In this document: in pieces, positions 1-9,007 of the stretch
How the letters are laid out: each line of letters starts with the position of its first letter
Position numbering within the stretch: the first letter of the stretch is position 1
Origin: Candidatus Magasanikiibacteriota bacterium
GTDB taxonomy: Bacteria; Patescibacteriota; Patescibacteriia; Magasanikbacterales; 2-02-FULL-50-9b
DNA length: 64,000 nt
NCBI GenBank assembly: GCA_943355025.1
Contig: CALRDW010000002.1
Coordinates: forward strand, 7,252-71,251
Reading direction: 5' to 3'
The notes under the pieces: generated by a model
Databases searched by the model: none
Seen by the model: the letters and a program-made list of their open reading frames with translations, nothing else
Told to the model about the DNA's origin: nothing
Made by a program: the position numbers and the translations under genes

Positions 1-2
1 GG

Positions 3-884
3 CTTGAAAATGAATTCCATGATGAATATCAGCGGCAGATAAATTTATTGGAGATGCGAGGGTTTTTGGAGACTCAGGGCGGAAGAAGGGGAATAGCGGA
101 CGAGCAGGGAAATTTTTATCCAGTGCCTTCGGTCGGCAGTGTCATCGGACGCATCAAAGAAAAAGCAGCGATAATTCAGGAAAAGCGTGCGCAAGGGTTT
201 GAGCGATTTTTACTCGTGCCGTTTGCGTGTAGTCCGAACAAATTCGTTGATGCATACAATGAATATGTAGAGGAACATCCAGATGATTTATTTCAGAGGA
301 ATGGCAAGCCTGTTTCATTGGGGCGAGGAACCGGTGATCCAGCAATGATGCAATCCACTATATTTGGATCGCCGGTCCGCGAGTCACATTATTTTCCAAC
401 GAATTATGATTTTGCGGAAGAGGGTGAACTGCCTACAAAAGAAGAGGTGCTTGCAAAAAAGCAGGGGTCATCAAACAGTTTGTCATTTCCTGGATTTCAG
501 ATGTTATTTCTAGAAAATGATTTAGAAATGGAAGAAAAGTACATGCCGGACATTCCGGACGGTGGCCGTTCTCGGATCAAAAAGGGTAAATCACCGGAAG
601 AATATATGCAACTGCTCGCCGGGTCTCAGCAGTATGCTCACGAGCGCGGACTGACGATTGAGGAATATTTAACGCTTGCGCTTAATGAGCTGGTTTATGG
701 GAGAAAAATCTTAGATGGTGATATAGGGGGTCATGCGTGCATGCTGTTGGGATCATTTTTTTTGAGCATTGATTGCGTTCCATATATTTCGAGCGATCGC
801 ACTGGCGTTGTTTTTATAGGCAGTAGAGTTTCGAATACGCTTATGAGCGAGGATGACGGAATTCGTACGGTGGTTCAACTCTAG
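3..884 (+). CDS. CLec-fold DGR-target-family protein, 5'-truncated by the window edge; paralog of 29790-30992
   Basis: Frame is open from base 3 (LENEFHDEYQRQINLLEMRGFLE). Colinear motifs shared with 29790-30992: QGFERFLLVPF/QGFTRLLIVPF, FPGFQML/FPGYHIL, GKSPEEY/GKSPNDY, GLTIEEYLTL/GLTPEDWLTL, GSFF/GSYF, and terminal GIRTVV/GVAGAV. Confidence 0.6.
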   Translation, partial: LENEFHDEYQRQINLLEMRGFLETQGGRRGIADEQGNFYPVPSVGSVIGRIKEKAAIIQEKRAQGFERFLLVPFACSPNKFVDAYNEYVEEHPDDLFQRNGKPVSLGRGTGDPAMMQSTIFGSPVRESHYFPTNYDFAEEGELPTKEEVLAKKQGSSNSLSFPGFQMLFLENDLEMEEKYMPDIPDGGRSRIKKGKSPEEYMQLLAGSQQYAHERGLTIEEYLTLALNELVYGRKILDGDIGGHACMLLGSFFLSIDCVPYISSDRTGVVFIGSRVSNTLMSEDDGIRTVVQL

Positions 885-892
885 CGCGTACG

Positions 893-921
893 TTGACAAG
901 GACAATTTTGTGCGCTAGTCT
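893..921 (+). promoter_or_regulatory. sigma70-type promoter
   Basis: TTGACA-N17-TAGTCT; GGAGG SD at 939-943 precedes GTG at 949. Confidence 0.65.
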
Positions 922-948
922 TTGGGCTCACCACACACGGAGGTTTCG

Positions 949-2421
949 GTGACTGAGAACAGTAAAAAAACGAAGAAAGTTAGGCTGCGGGATTTTTTGC
1001 CATGGCAGGATCCCGATGTCTGTTTGCGGATTGTGCGCTCACCGCGGATGTTGGAGCGTGATGGGGCTGTGTTGCCGCTCGCGCTGCGACCTGTGCTCGA
1101 CCACCTGTATACGCATGTAAGTGCGATTCAACGCGCTCGTATCCCGCTTGAGGACGTTGGTGAGCATCGACGGCAACAAGTGCTCTCTGTGCTGAGCAAG
1201 GTCGCGGGTCGCCCGATTGTGGCGGAGGATTTGCAGGCGTCTATTGAGCAGATCATGGAAGTTGAGAACACTCTTGTGCGCGAATTCGTTTTGGGGCAAT
1301 TTGAGCATCAATACACGCCAGACGGGAAGTTGCATTTGTCAGATCCGCTCGGCCTTGCGCTCATCGCGTTTTATCCGGATTGGGAATTTCGTGGGGACAC
1401 GGTGCACCAGGTCAATCAGGATCAGCGCATCATGAGCATTCGTTCATATCGCGCGCTGTTTCGTTTGATTACCGGCGCATGGCTTCTCGGGCTGCAGCAG
1501 GAAGTTGAGCTCGCGAATACCCGGATCGAGATAATCACAAGTTATTTTGAAAGCGAATTGTTCGAAACACCTAACCACATCAACACCGACTGGGTGAGTG
1601 GCAAGAATCGCGAGATCCCTACAATGTATGTGCGAACAGATCCGGATCGCGGCTTTGCGTTTATGCAGCTCGTTTCCGCAGAGGAACTTCGACTCTTGCC
1701 AAAGGGCGCGGTTATCTCAAAAGTGTCTGCGATGTCGCGATTTGTGCCAGTTGCAAACGGAAATGCTGTTGCGTACATTCCGAATCTAAATTTATCGCGC
1801 CCAAAAGGCGTTGTACCTCAGATTCGCAAACATTTGTTGGGGCGCGCGATTAATGATGGCGTTGGTGTTCGCATTCTCGTGTTTTCACGCGCGGAGTATG
1901 AACGCTTGCAGCCAAAATTTAAGCGCGTTATCTACGACCATGGGATCGCGGAAACAGTTGATGGTGTGCTTCTTGCAAACGTGCGGCCCAATTTGACGAG
2001 TGTGGCGAGCGCGGGTGTTCATTGGCAGGGAAACGTCACAATTGGCAACGATACCGCCGAGGCGCAAATTGTTTCGTTTGAAACCGATTGGAATCGAACG
2101 AAATCGCTTCTTCCTGAAACCGAGGTGTGGTATAAATCGAAGCAATGGTTGTTGCAAGCGAAGGATGATCCGGACGTAATAAATCCATTGCCACCGCTCA
2201 TTCAACTCGTGTTTCCGCCAACGCTGCACCCCGAATGGACGCAGTGGGCCCATATCGTAGATGTGCTCTGTTATCGACTTGATCGCGCAGCGAGTAAACA
2301 TTTCCCCGGGCATTTTGTTGAACGTGGTGCGTGGATTAATCGTGTTCGCAGCGTTCTCATGCGCCGGCACCATGAATGGTCACTGGACGTTAAAGCGAAA
2401 GATTTGCTTCCTAAGAAGTAG
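949..2421 (+). CDS. hypothetical protein with a divergent RelA/SpoT-like nucleotidyltransferase domain
   Basis: Motif order SRPK...IRK...NDGVGVRIL...GVH...EAQIVS...WYK resembles the RSH synthetase series RxK...K...DxxGxR...H...ExQIRT...YK. Confidence 0.4.
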   Translation: MTENSKKTKKVRLRDFLPWQDPDVCLRIVRSPRMLERDGAVLPLALRPVLDHLYTHVSAIQRARIPLEDVGEHRRQQVLSVLSKVAGRPIVAEDLQASIEQIMEVENTLVREFVLGQFEHQYTPDGKLHLSDPLGLALIAFYPDWEFRGDTVHQVNQDQRIMSIRSYRALFRLITGAWLLGLQQEVELANTRIEIITSYFESELFETPNHINTDWVSGKNREIPTMYVRTDPDRGFAFMQLVSAEELRLLPKGAVISKVSAMSRFVPVANGNAVAYIPNLNLSRPKGVVPQIRKHLLGRAINDGVGVRILVFSRAEYERLQPKFKRVIYDHGIAETVDGVLLANVRPNLTSVASAGVHWQGNVTIGNDTAEAQIVSFETDWNRTKSLLPETEVWYKSKQWLLQAKDDPDVINPLPPLIQLVFPPTLHPEWTQWAHIVDVLCYRLDRAASKHFPGHFVERGAWINRVRSVLMRRHHEWSLDVKAKDLLPKK

Positions 2422-2427
2422 GAGGTG

Positions 2428-2460
2428 GCGCGTTTCTTAACCGAAGCGCGTTTTTTTATT
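2428..2460 (+). terminator. intrinsic terminator
   Basis: gcgcgtttc-ttaacc-gaagcgcgt followed by a T run, directly after the stop codon. Confidence 0.7.
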
Positions 2461-2643
2461 TTCAACAGGATTCGGAGGTTTGCGAGCAATACAAAAACAG
2501 CGATTCAACAGAGGCCCAAAGAAAATAAAGTTGCCTCTCAGGGGGAGATGAACACGAGCCCCCGTCGAGACAACTTTATTTTCTTTGGGTATACGTTCAT
2601 TCGGGTGTTATACTGCTCCCATGCTTCCTAATCCTTTTGAAAA
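2459..2643. repeat. ~185-nt rod-shaped palindromic element, copy 1
   Basis: ~80% identical to 29629-29812. Core inverted repeat 2515-2537/2567-2589 pairs 22 of 23; imperfect pairing extends to ttttcaa/ttgaaaa at the ends. Confidence 0.9.
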
Positions 2644-2648
2644 ACTAT

Positions 2649-2680
2649 TGCCGCAGAGCATATTGCGGCATTTTTGTTTT
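2649..2680 (+). terminator. terminator-like hairpin immediately after element copy 1
   Basis: tgccgca-gagcatat-tgcggca followed by tttttgtttt. Confidence 0.55.
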
Positions 2681-2705
2681 TGTATTACACTCCAATCAAC
2701 GAATT

Positions 2706-3641
2706 ATGTCAGAGACTGCACCAAAAACGATACTCCTTACCGGGAGTAGTGGAACCATAGGAACTCGGCTCGCAGAGCGCTTAATTGAGCGTGGATTCGA
2801 TTGTATCGCCGCCGATATCGTGCCGAATAGATGGAGTCGAATTGTAAATAAAAAAACAATTCACGTTGATCTGCGTGATGCGCGGGCGACGTTGAAAAAA
2901 TTACCGCGGGCTGTTGATTTGATCATGCACCTCGCCTCACATGCTCGTGTTTATAATTTGATACAAGAGCCGCGCTTGGCATTTGAAAATGTTCAAACCA
3001 CGGGGAATATTTTGGAGTATGCGCGCGAGCGCTCAATTTCACGGCTTATGTTTGCGTCATCGCGAGAGGTGTACGGAACGTTGGACAAAAAACAGACGCA
3101 CCACGGGGAAACAGATGTGAATATAGAACGCTGTGAAAATCCGTATGCTGCATCGAAAATTGCAGGCGAGGCGTTTATGCATGCGTATAAGCGGTGCTTT
3201 GGACTACGACCCGTGCTGTTTCGTTTCTCAAATGTTTATGGGAGATATGACATTAGCGACCGCATCATTCCCACATTTATTAAACTCATGCGCAGGAATA
3301 AAGACGTTACGATTTTTGGACGCAATAAACAGATGGATTTTACGTATATTGACGACGTAGTTGACGGAGTTATCGATTCACTTTCACACTTTTCTGTGAT
3401 TGAAGGTAAAAGTATTAATCTTGCAACGGGATCGGGAACCTCACTTCATGAACTTGCGGGCCTCATTCGGCGGGAGACTAACGCAACCTCAAAAATTATT
3501 ATGAAGCCGCATCGTATTGGCGAGGTAATTGCACACGTCGCTGATATCAGCGCAGCAAAGAAATTACTTCGGTTTAAATCAAAAACCTCGATTGAAGATG
3601 GTATTAAAAAAACAGTAGCCTGGTATTTAGAAAATACGTAA
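2706..3641 (+). CDS. NAD-dependent nucleotide-sugar epimerase/dehydratase
   Basis: TGSSGTIG Rossmann motif, SSREVYG, YAASK, NVYG. Confidence 0.9.
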   Translation: MSETAPKTILLTGSSGTIGTRLAERLIERGFDCIAADIVPNRWSRIVNKKTIHVDLRDARATLKKLPRAVDLIMHLASHARVYNLIQEPRLAFENVQTTGNILEYARERSISRLMFASSREVYGTLDKKQTHHGETDVNIERCENPYAASKIAGEAFMHAYKRCFGLRPVLFRFSNVYGRYDISDRIIPTFIKLMRRNKDVTIFGRNKQMDFTYIDDVVDGVIDSLSHFSVIEGKSINLATGSGTSLHELAGLIRRETNATSKIIMKPHRIGEVIAHVADISAAKKLLRFKSKTSIEDGIKKTVAWYLENT

Positions 3642-3645
3642 TTGT

Positions 3646-4569
3646 ATGACAAAAGTATCCATAGTAATTCCCGTTTATAATGAAGAGGCGTGTATTGTTG
3701 AAACACACAAACGCTTGGTTGCTTCTTGTGGTAACGATCCGAGCGCTGTTGAGTTAATATACGTAAACGATGGAAGTAGAGACCGAACGCAAAAAATATT
3801 GAGAGATATTGCGCAAACAAATCCTTGCGTAAAAGTCATTTCTTTTTCTCGAAATTTTGGACATCAAACCGCTGTATCTGCAGGGATTTCATATGCAACT
3901 GGCGCGGCTGTTGTTGTAATTGATGGCGATCTGCAAGATCCACCAGAGATTATTGAAAAACTTGTTGCGAAATGGCGAGAAGGATTTGATGTTGTGTATG
4001 CTGTTCGTGAATCACGAAAGGAAAATATCGTGCTTCGGTTTATGTATTCGCTATTTTACCGCATCATGGCGAGGCTCTCATACGTTGCCATTCCTCTCGA
4101 CAGCGGTGATTTTGCACTCATGGACCGCAAGGTTGTTGATGTTCTTAAAAAAATGCCAGAGCACAATCGGTTTGTGCGCGGTCTCCGTTCGTGGATTGGA
4201 TTTAAACAGATCGGTGTTGCGTATGCGCGCGACGCACGAGTGCTTGGTGAATCAAAATATTCAATAATGAAATTATTTAAGCTCGCATATGATGGAATTA
4301 TTTCATTCTCCTTCGTACCGCTCAAAATGGTTTCTGTCGCGGGGTTTGTAATCTCGTCTGTTGCTTTTCTGTCGATTTTTATCGTTTTATTTTTTCGGAT
4401 ATTTACCGAGTATTCAATTCCTGGTTTTGCATCGACCGCAACAATCGTTTTGTTTTTAGGCGGTGTTCAATTACTGTCGCTTGGTATGATCGGCGAGTAT
4501 GTATCACGAATTTTCGATGAGGTAAAAGGGCGGCCGCTCTTTGTTGTCGACGAGCTCATTAATTTTTAG
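3646..4569 (+). CDS. GT2 polyprenol-phosphate glycosyltransferase (GtrB/ArnC-like)
   Basis: IPVYNEE, NDGSRD, SRNFGHQ, DGDLQDPP, two C-terminal TM helices, KGRPLF. Confidence 0.9.
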   Translation: MTKVSIVIPVYNEEACIVETHKRLVASCGNDPSAVELIYVNDGSRDRTQKILRDIAQTNPCVKVISFSRNFGHQTAVSAGISYATGAAVVVIDGDLQDPPEIIEKLVAKWREGFDVVYAVRESRKENIVLRFMYSLFYRIMARLSYVAIPLDSGDFALMDRKVVDVLKKMPEHNRFVRGLRSWIGFKQIGVAYARDARVLGESKYSIMKLFKLAYDGIISFSFVPLKMVSVAGFVISSVAFLSIFIVLFFRIFTEYSIPGFASTATIVLFLGGVQLLSLGMIGEYVSRIFDEVKGRPLFVVDELINF

Positions 4570-4576
4570 CAGCACT

Positions 4577-5329
4577 ATGGAGGACACATACGTTGCTCAA
4601 TATTTAGAGGCTGAAAAAAAACATTGGTGGTGGATTGCGCGAAGAAAAATTATTGAACGCCTCGTTTTAAAGGTTTTAAAGATTAAACAGGAATCAGCGT
4701 TTCGCAGAGCGCTTGAGATCGGTTGTTTCAGCGGCATGAATGTTCAGGCATTGTTGCCTCTTGCTCGTCAGTGGGTTGGAATTGAGCCATCACGTGTCGC
4801 GATTAGTCAGGCGCGTTCCAACGCACCAGAGTTAGAAGTGCATGAAGGTCTGTTTCCAGATGTGCATCCGTCAGGGTCGTTTGATGCTGTTTTTATGCTT
4901 GATGTTCTTGAACACACAGAAGACGCGAGTGTAACCCTTAAAAATGTTTTTTCATGTGTGGAGCCAGGCGGCTATTTTTTCGTTACAGTTCCAGCGTATA
5001 TGTGGTTATGGTCACAGTTTGATATCATTAATCAGCACTATCGACGCTATACACGCCGCCAGTTGGTTAAAGAATTGACGGCCGCGGGTTTCGTGATTGA
5101 GTACGCAGGGTATTTTAATTCATTGCTCTTTGTGCCGGCCGCTGCTCAGCGTCTCTTGAAAAAGAGAGGAGCTTCAAATGTCTCGAACATAGATACAGGT
5201 GCAAAAATTCCGTCGAGCCCCATTAATCTTTTTCTAGGCTTTATTTTTACGCTTGAAAAATATATATTACCGTATGTCAAATTTCCTTTCGGGTTATCCG
5301 TCATTGCAATCGCTCGGCGCCCGCGTTAA
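4577..5329 (+). CDS. class I SAM-dependent methyltransferase
   Basis: LEIGCFSG, DVLEH, TVPAYMWLWS...HYRRY. Confidence 0.85.
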   Translation: MEDTYVAQYLEAEKKHWWWIARRKIIERLVLKVLKIKQESAFRRALEIGCFSGMNVQALLPLARQWVGIEPSRVAISQARSNAPELEVHEGLFPDVHPSGSFDAVFMLDVLEHTEDASVTLKNVFSCVEPGGYFFVTVPAYMWLWSQFDIINQHYRRYTRRQLVKELTAAGFVIEYAGYFNSLLFVPAAAQRLLKKRGASNVSNIDTGAKIPSSPINLFLGFIFTLEKYILPYVKFPFGLSVIAIARRPR

Positions 5330-7028
5330 AAAAAATATTTTAACTAAGACATTGGTTGAGCCAGTTATTTTTTTTCTGCTGTTTATTTATTTTGTTTTTA
5401 CACGCGCCCTTGGGTTTCATCAGACATATCATCAAGATGAATATAAATGGGCGATGATTGTTGACCCTGTAAATGGTTTGCGTGGAACGGTTCCGCATCC
5501 ACCGCTCGCTGAAAATCTTTATCACATTGCCGGCAGGTATTTTGGGTACAATCATTTAAGAATTGTTCCCATTATTGTGAGCCTTCTGCTCGGGGTTCTT
5601 ATAATTTATTTTGTACGCAAACAATACGGAAGACGAGCTGCCATTATTGCAGCTGGTATTTTTACGATAACAATTTATTCCGTTATAGCTTCCATACAAA
5701 TTGATATTGATGGTGCTCTTCTGCCATTTTTTGTTTGTGCGGCGATTGGGAGTTATGAACAAATTCGTCTTACTGCGTCAGCGGGTGCACAAAAAAAATG
5801 GGCCGCCTTATTCTTGGTTGCATGTATTGGCGGTTTTTTTACTAAACTCAGTTTCGTTCTTGTTCCTGTTGCAATACTGTGCGACGTCGCGCCGAGTCTG
5901 CTCGGTTCACTATCATTATATAAAAAACGCGCAGCTACTTTTCTGTGGGCAGCCGCATGCTGTGTGGTATTGGGAGGTATAGTTGTTGTGTTGGTTCTTA
6001 TTCGTCATGCAATATTTATTGAGTATGTAAAAAACTTTGTTGCATTTTCACATAGAGATTTTCAGCAAGAAGCGATTCAAATTATCAAAGCATTAATTTT
6101 TTCTTCGCCCCTCATCATTGGCGGGGTTATTTTGGGAGTGCGCCATTTCCGACAGCTTCGCATTTGGTACTATTTGATCGGAGCTAGTTTTTTATTCTAT
6201 TTAGTTATTTTCGATTTTACACATCGAACGCTTGATCGGTATTTGATGTTTATTATTTTGCCTGGATCAGTTATCGCAGGTGTCGCTCTCGCACATGAAA
6301 TCAAATCGATGCGAATTGTAGGATCGGAAGCACGCAAGTTTTTGCTGTTTCTAGGATCTTCAATCGTTGTGTTTGGTACCCTCATGCATTATTTATTGCG
6401 TGGGACATATGAAATATTACCATTCATTCCGAAATCAGTATTTTTCGAGCATGTTAAGAATTTAAATTTTTCTTTTCTTGTTCCACTTACGGGCGGATCG
6501 GGTCCAGCTGGATTTTATTTGTCTGCGCGCGCTCTAATTATTTTTTGGTGTCTAGGATTGCTGTCGGTCGCTGTTATATTATTGAAGCTTCATGCGCGAA
6601 CGATTGCTCTCGCTATATTTATATCAGCAGGCCTCATTTATAATGTGTATGGTGATCTTGAATTATTAACTGGTGCCTATTTTGGCTCGATGTCAAAAGT
6701 GATTGAACAAACGACGGACTATGTTGTAAATGCAGGGGATATACCAGGAGTCATCACGTTCAACGATACCGGCACATGGCAGCTTGAACAAGCGCACAAA
6801 TATATTCGACGATTTTATATACACCCGATGTTTGCTGTGGGGAATACAAATTTTTTCAGAGCATTCCACGGCTACTTTATGATCGTTGATTTTCCACCAA
6901 TCGGCACGAGTGGTCCGTATGCGGAGTATTTTAGTGGGTGCGCTGTTGTGTATCATGTGCAAGATAAATTGATCTCAGGCAGCGTATATGATTGCAGGAA
7001 GGCGCCATTTACCGTAAAGTTTCAGTGA
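5253..7028 (+). CDS. multi-pass membrane GT-C/ArnT-like glycosyltransferase (start uncertain)
   Basis: Many TM segments, DE motif after TM1, HPPL, RYL; adjacent to a GtrB-like gene. Confidence 0.6.
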   Translation: MKNIYYRMSNFLSGYPSLQSLGARVKKNILTKTLVEPVIFFLLFIYFVFTRALGFHQTYHQDEYKWAMIVDPVNGLRGTVPHPPLAENLYHIAGRYFGYNHLRIVPIIVSLLLGVLIIYFVRKQYGRRAAIIAAGIFTITIYSVIASIQIDIDGALLPFFVCAAIGSYEQIRLTASAGAQKKWAALFLVACIGGFFTKLSFVLVPVAILCDVAPSLLGSLSLYKKRAATFLWAAACCVVLGGIVVVLVLIRHAIFIEYVKNFVAFSHRDFQQEAIQIIKALIFSSPLIIGGVILGVRHFRQLRIWYYLIGASFLFYLVIFDFTHRTLDRYLMFIILPGSVIAGVALAHEIKSMRIVGSEARKFLLFLGSSIVVFGTLMHYLLRGTYEILPFIPKSVFFEHVKNLNFSFLVPLTGGSGPAGFYLSARALIIFWCLGLLSVAVILLKLHARTIALAIFISAGLIYNVYGDLELLTGAYFGSMSKVIEQTTDYVVNAGDIPGVITFNDTGTWQLEQAHKYIRRFYIHPMFAVGNTNFFRAFHGYFMIVDFPPIGTSGPYAEYFSGCAVVYHVQDKLISGSVYDCRKAPFTVKFQ

Positions 7029-7029
7029 T

Positions 7030-8061
7030 ATGCGACTCCTGCTTATAACACAAACAATTGACGAAGATGATGGCGTGCTCGGATTTATGCACGGTTGGAT
7101 CAGTACCTTTGTCAGTACCTACGATTCAATTGTGGCCGTGTGTTTGCAGCAAGGGACGATACACCTACCGAAAAACGTACAGGTAGTGTCGCTCGGAAAA
7201 GAGTCTCATGCATCTCGCATTTCAATGCTTGTGCGTTTTTTTCGTGCCGTGTGGTTAACCCGCAATAAATGCGATGCTGTTTTTGTTCACATGAATGTCG
7301 AGTATGTTTTACTTGCTGGGTGGTTTTGGAAGCTTCGCGGTAAAAAGGTTTCGCTTTGGTATAACCACAAACAAGGTGGGTTAAAGTTGTGGCTCGCGCG
7401 CCCTTTTTTGGACACAATTTTTTATACTTCATCGCAGGCATATACTGTGCGGTTTTCAAATGCGGTTCGCATGCCTGTTGGAATTGATACGCGAGTATTT
7501 AAATGTTGTACCAAACTTCAGGCACAAAAAAAATCTATCGTGTACATTGGACGAATCGCACCAGTTAAACATTTAGAAATTTTTATCAACGCTGTTAAGG
7601 AATTGGTAAATCGCGGTGCTGCAATTAGTGCGCATATTTATGGAGATGCGCTCGAGCGGGATAAAAAATATTATGAGGAGCTTCGTCAAAGCAGTGTTGA
7701 GCTTGAGTCTCGCGGTGCTATTACTTTTCACTCGCAAGTTCCTAATATTAAAAGTCCTGCTGTGTATAATTCGCATGATATTGTTGTGAACATGACTCCA
7801 GATGGCTCTTTTGATAAAGTTATCATTGAAGGAATGGCATGCGAGCGATTAGTTTTGGTTTCAAATACCGTGCTCAAAGATGTGTTGCCCGCGGAGTGTA
7901 TTTTTTTGCAGAATGACGCGAATGATATGGCGAATAAATTACAGAAGCTGCTTGAGCTTCCTTCGGAGCAGGCAGCTGTGCTTGGCGCGGAGTTTCGGTC
8001 TTATGTAGTTGAACACGAAAGCCTAGATGCATTGATTAAAAAAATTCATCGGTATATTTGA
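7030..8061 (+). CDS. GT4 glycosyltransferase
   Basis: YIGRIAPVK, SFDKVIIEGMAC. Confidence 0.85.
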   Translation: MRLLLITQTIDEDDGVLGFMHGWISTFVSTYDSIVAVCLQQGTIHLPKNVQVVSLGKESHASRISMLVRFFRAVWLTRNKCDAVFVHMNVEYVLLAGWFWKLRGKKVSLWYNHKQGGLKLWLARPFLDTIFYTSSQAYTVRFSNAVRMPVGIDTRVFKCCTKLQAQKKSIVYIGRIAPVKHLEIFINAVKELVNRGAAISAHIYGDALERDKKYYEELRQSSVELESRGAITFHSQVPNIKSPAVYNSHDIVVNMTPDGSFDKVIIEGMACERLVLVSNTVLKDVLPAECIFLQNDANDMANKLQKLLELPSEQAAVLGAEFRSYVVEHESLDALIKKIHRYI

Positions 8062-8084
8062 GTGCTTTGAGAAAAGTAGTCTAT

Positions 8085-8118
8085 AAAAAAGCCGAGCCCC
8101 CATGAGCTCGGATTTTTT
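8085..8118. terminator. bidirectional terminator
   Basis: A run, ccgagc...gctcgg stem, T run, between convergent genes. Confidence 0.6.
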
Positions 8119-8138
8119 AACCGCTGTATTTTTATGAA

Positions 8139-8324
8139 TTACGTGGTGCTTTTTGCAAGCTTTGTCATTGTTTTTGTACAGCGTGTGCATACGAGGATTC
8201 GCTGACCAAACATTCGGCGGGGCTGAACATTAATGCCAACCCAGCGTTTTGATTGGACGTTTGAGTGACTGCGTGTCGCTCCTCGAGTTGGAGCACGTAA
8301 GCAGAGTTTACAGATTTGTGCCAT
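8139..8324 (-). CDS. rpmB: 50S ribosomal protein L28
   Basis: MAQICKLC...RSHS...KRW..NVQ...VCTRC (zinc-ribbon form). Confidence 0.9.
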   Translation of the reverse strand: MAQICKLCLRAPTRGATRSHSNVQSKRWVGINVQPRRMFGQRILVCTRCTKTMTKLAKSTT

Positions 8325-8404
8325 ACTGTTACAGTTAACAAACTAGAGTTTGAAGTGCCAGCACTGTATCAAATTAGTCTTTTTTTTGCAAGGAGCCCCT
8401 ATAT

Positions 8405-9007
8405 ATGGACCTATTTATCACAATTTTACTCATTGTCGTCGTTGGTTTTTCAGCCATTCTTCATGAAGTGGCTCACGGGCTTGCGGCTCGTGCGCTTGGC
8501 GACAAAACAGCTGAATATGCGGGACGTCTTACGCTTAACCCACTCAAACATCTTGATTGGTTCGGTTCGGTTATCATGCCGTTTTTTTTGAGCCTCGCGC
8601 ATCTTCCTTTGTTTGCATACGCAAAACCAGTTCCGTATAATCCATATAATTTGAGCAATCAGAAATTGGGACCAGCGCTCGTGAGCGCCGCAGGGCCGGG
8701 AACAAATCTGCTTATCGCTATCATCATGGCTGGTTTAATTCGAACAAATTTATTGCCGCTAGGGATACAAAGTTTTTTATTTTTAGTGCTTGAGGTAAAT
8801 GTTTCGCTCGGTATTTTTAATTTGCTGCCAATCCCGCCACTCGATGGATCAAAACTTTTGTATGCTTTTTTGCCGAGACGATTTGATCATATAAAATATA
8901 CGCTCGAACGGTACGGCATCTTCATCGTTTTTATTTTTATTTATTATTTCAGCTGGATTCTTCTTCCAATACTCAATTTCGTAGAGCGAATACTTATTGG
9001 CTCTTAG
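8405..9007 (+). CDS. site-2 protease family (M50) membrane metalloprotease
   Basis: HEVAH, GRLTLNP, AAGP, FNLLPIPPLDGS. Confidence 0.92.
   Translation: MDLFITILLIVVVGFSAILHEVAHGLAARALGDKTAEYAGRLTLNPLKHLDWFGSVIMPFFLSLAHLPLFAYAKPVPYNPYNLSNQKLGPALVSAAGPGTNLLIAIIMAGLIRTNLLPLGIQSFLFLVLEVNVSLGIFNLLPIPPLDGSKLLYAFLPRRFDHIKYTLERYGIFIVFIFIYYFSWILLPILNFVERILIGS

Noticed and set aside
2515-2589. Core hairpin as a simple terminator, or as a hammerhead/twister ribozyme
   Set aside because: No T tail follows it, a real terminator lies just upstream, and I did not see catalytic-core consensus motifs.
2425-2631. 68-aa ORF over element copy 1
   Set aside because: The frame is not preserved in copy 2 (indel and stops), and the differences follow base pairing rather than codons.
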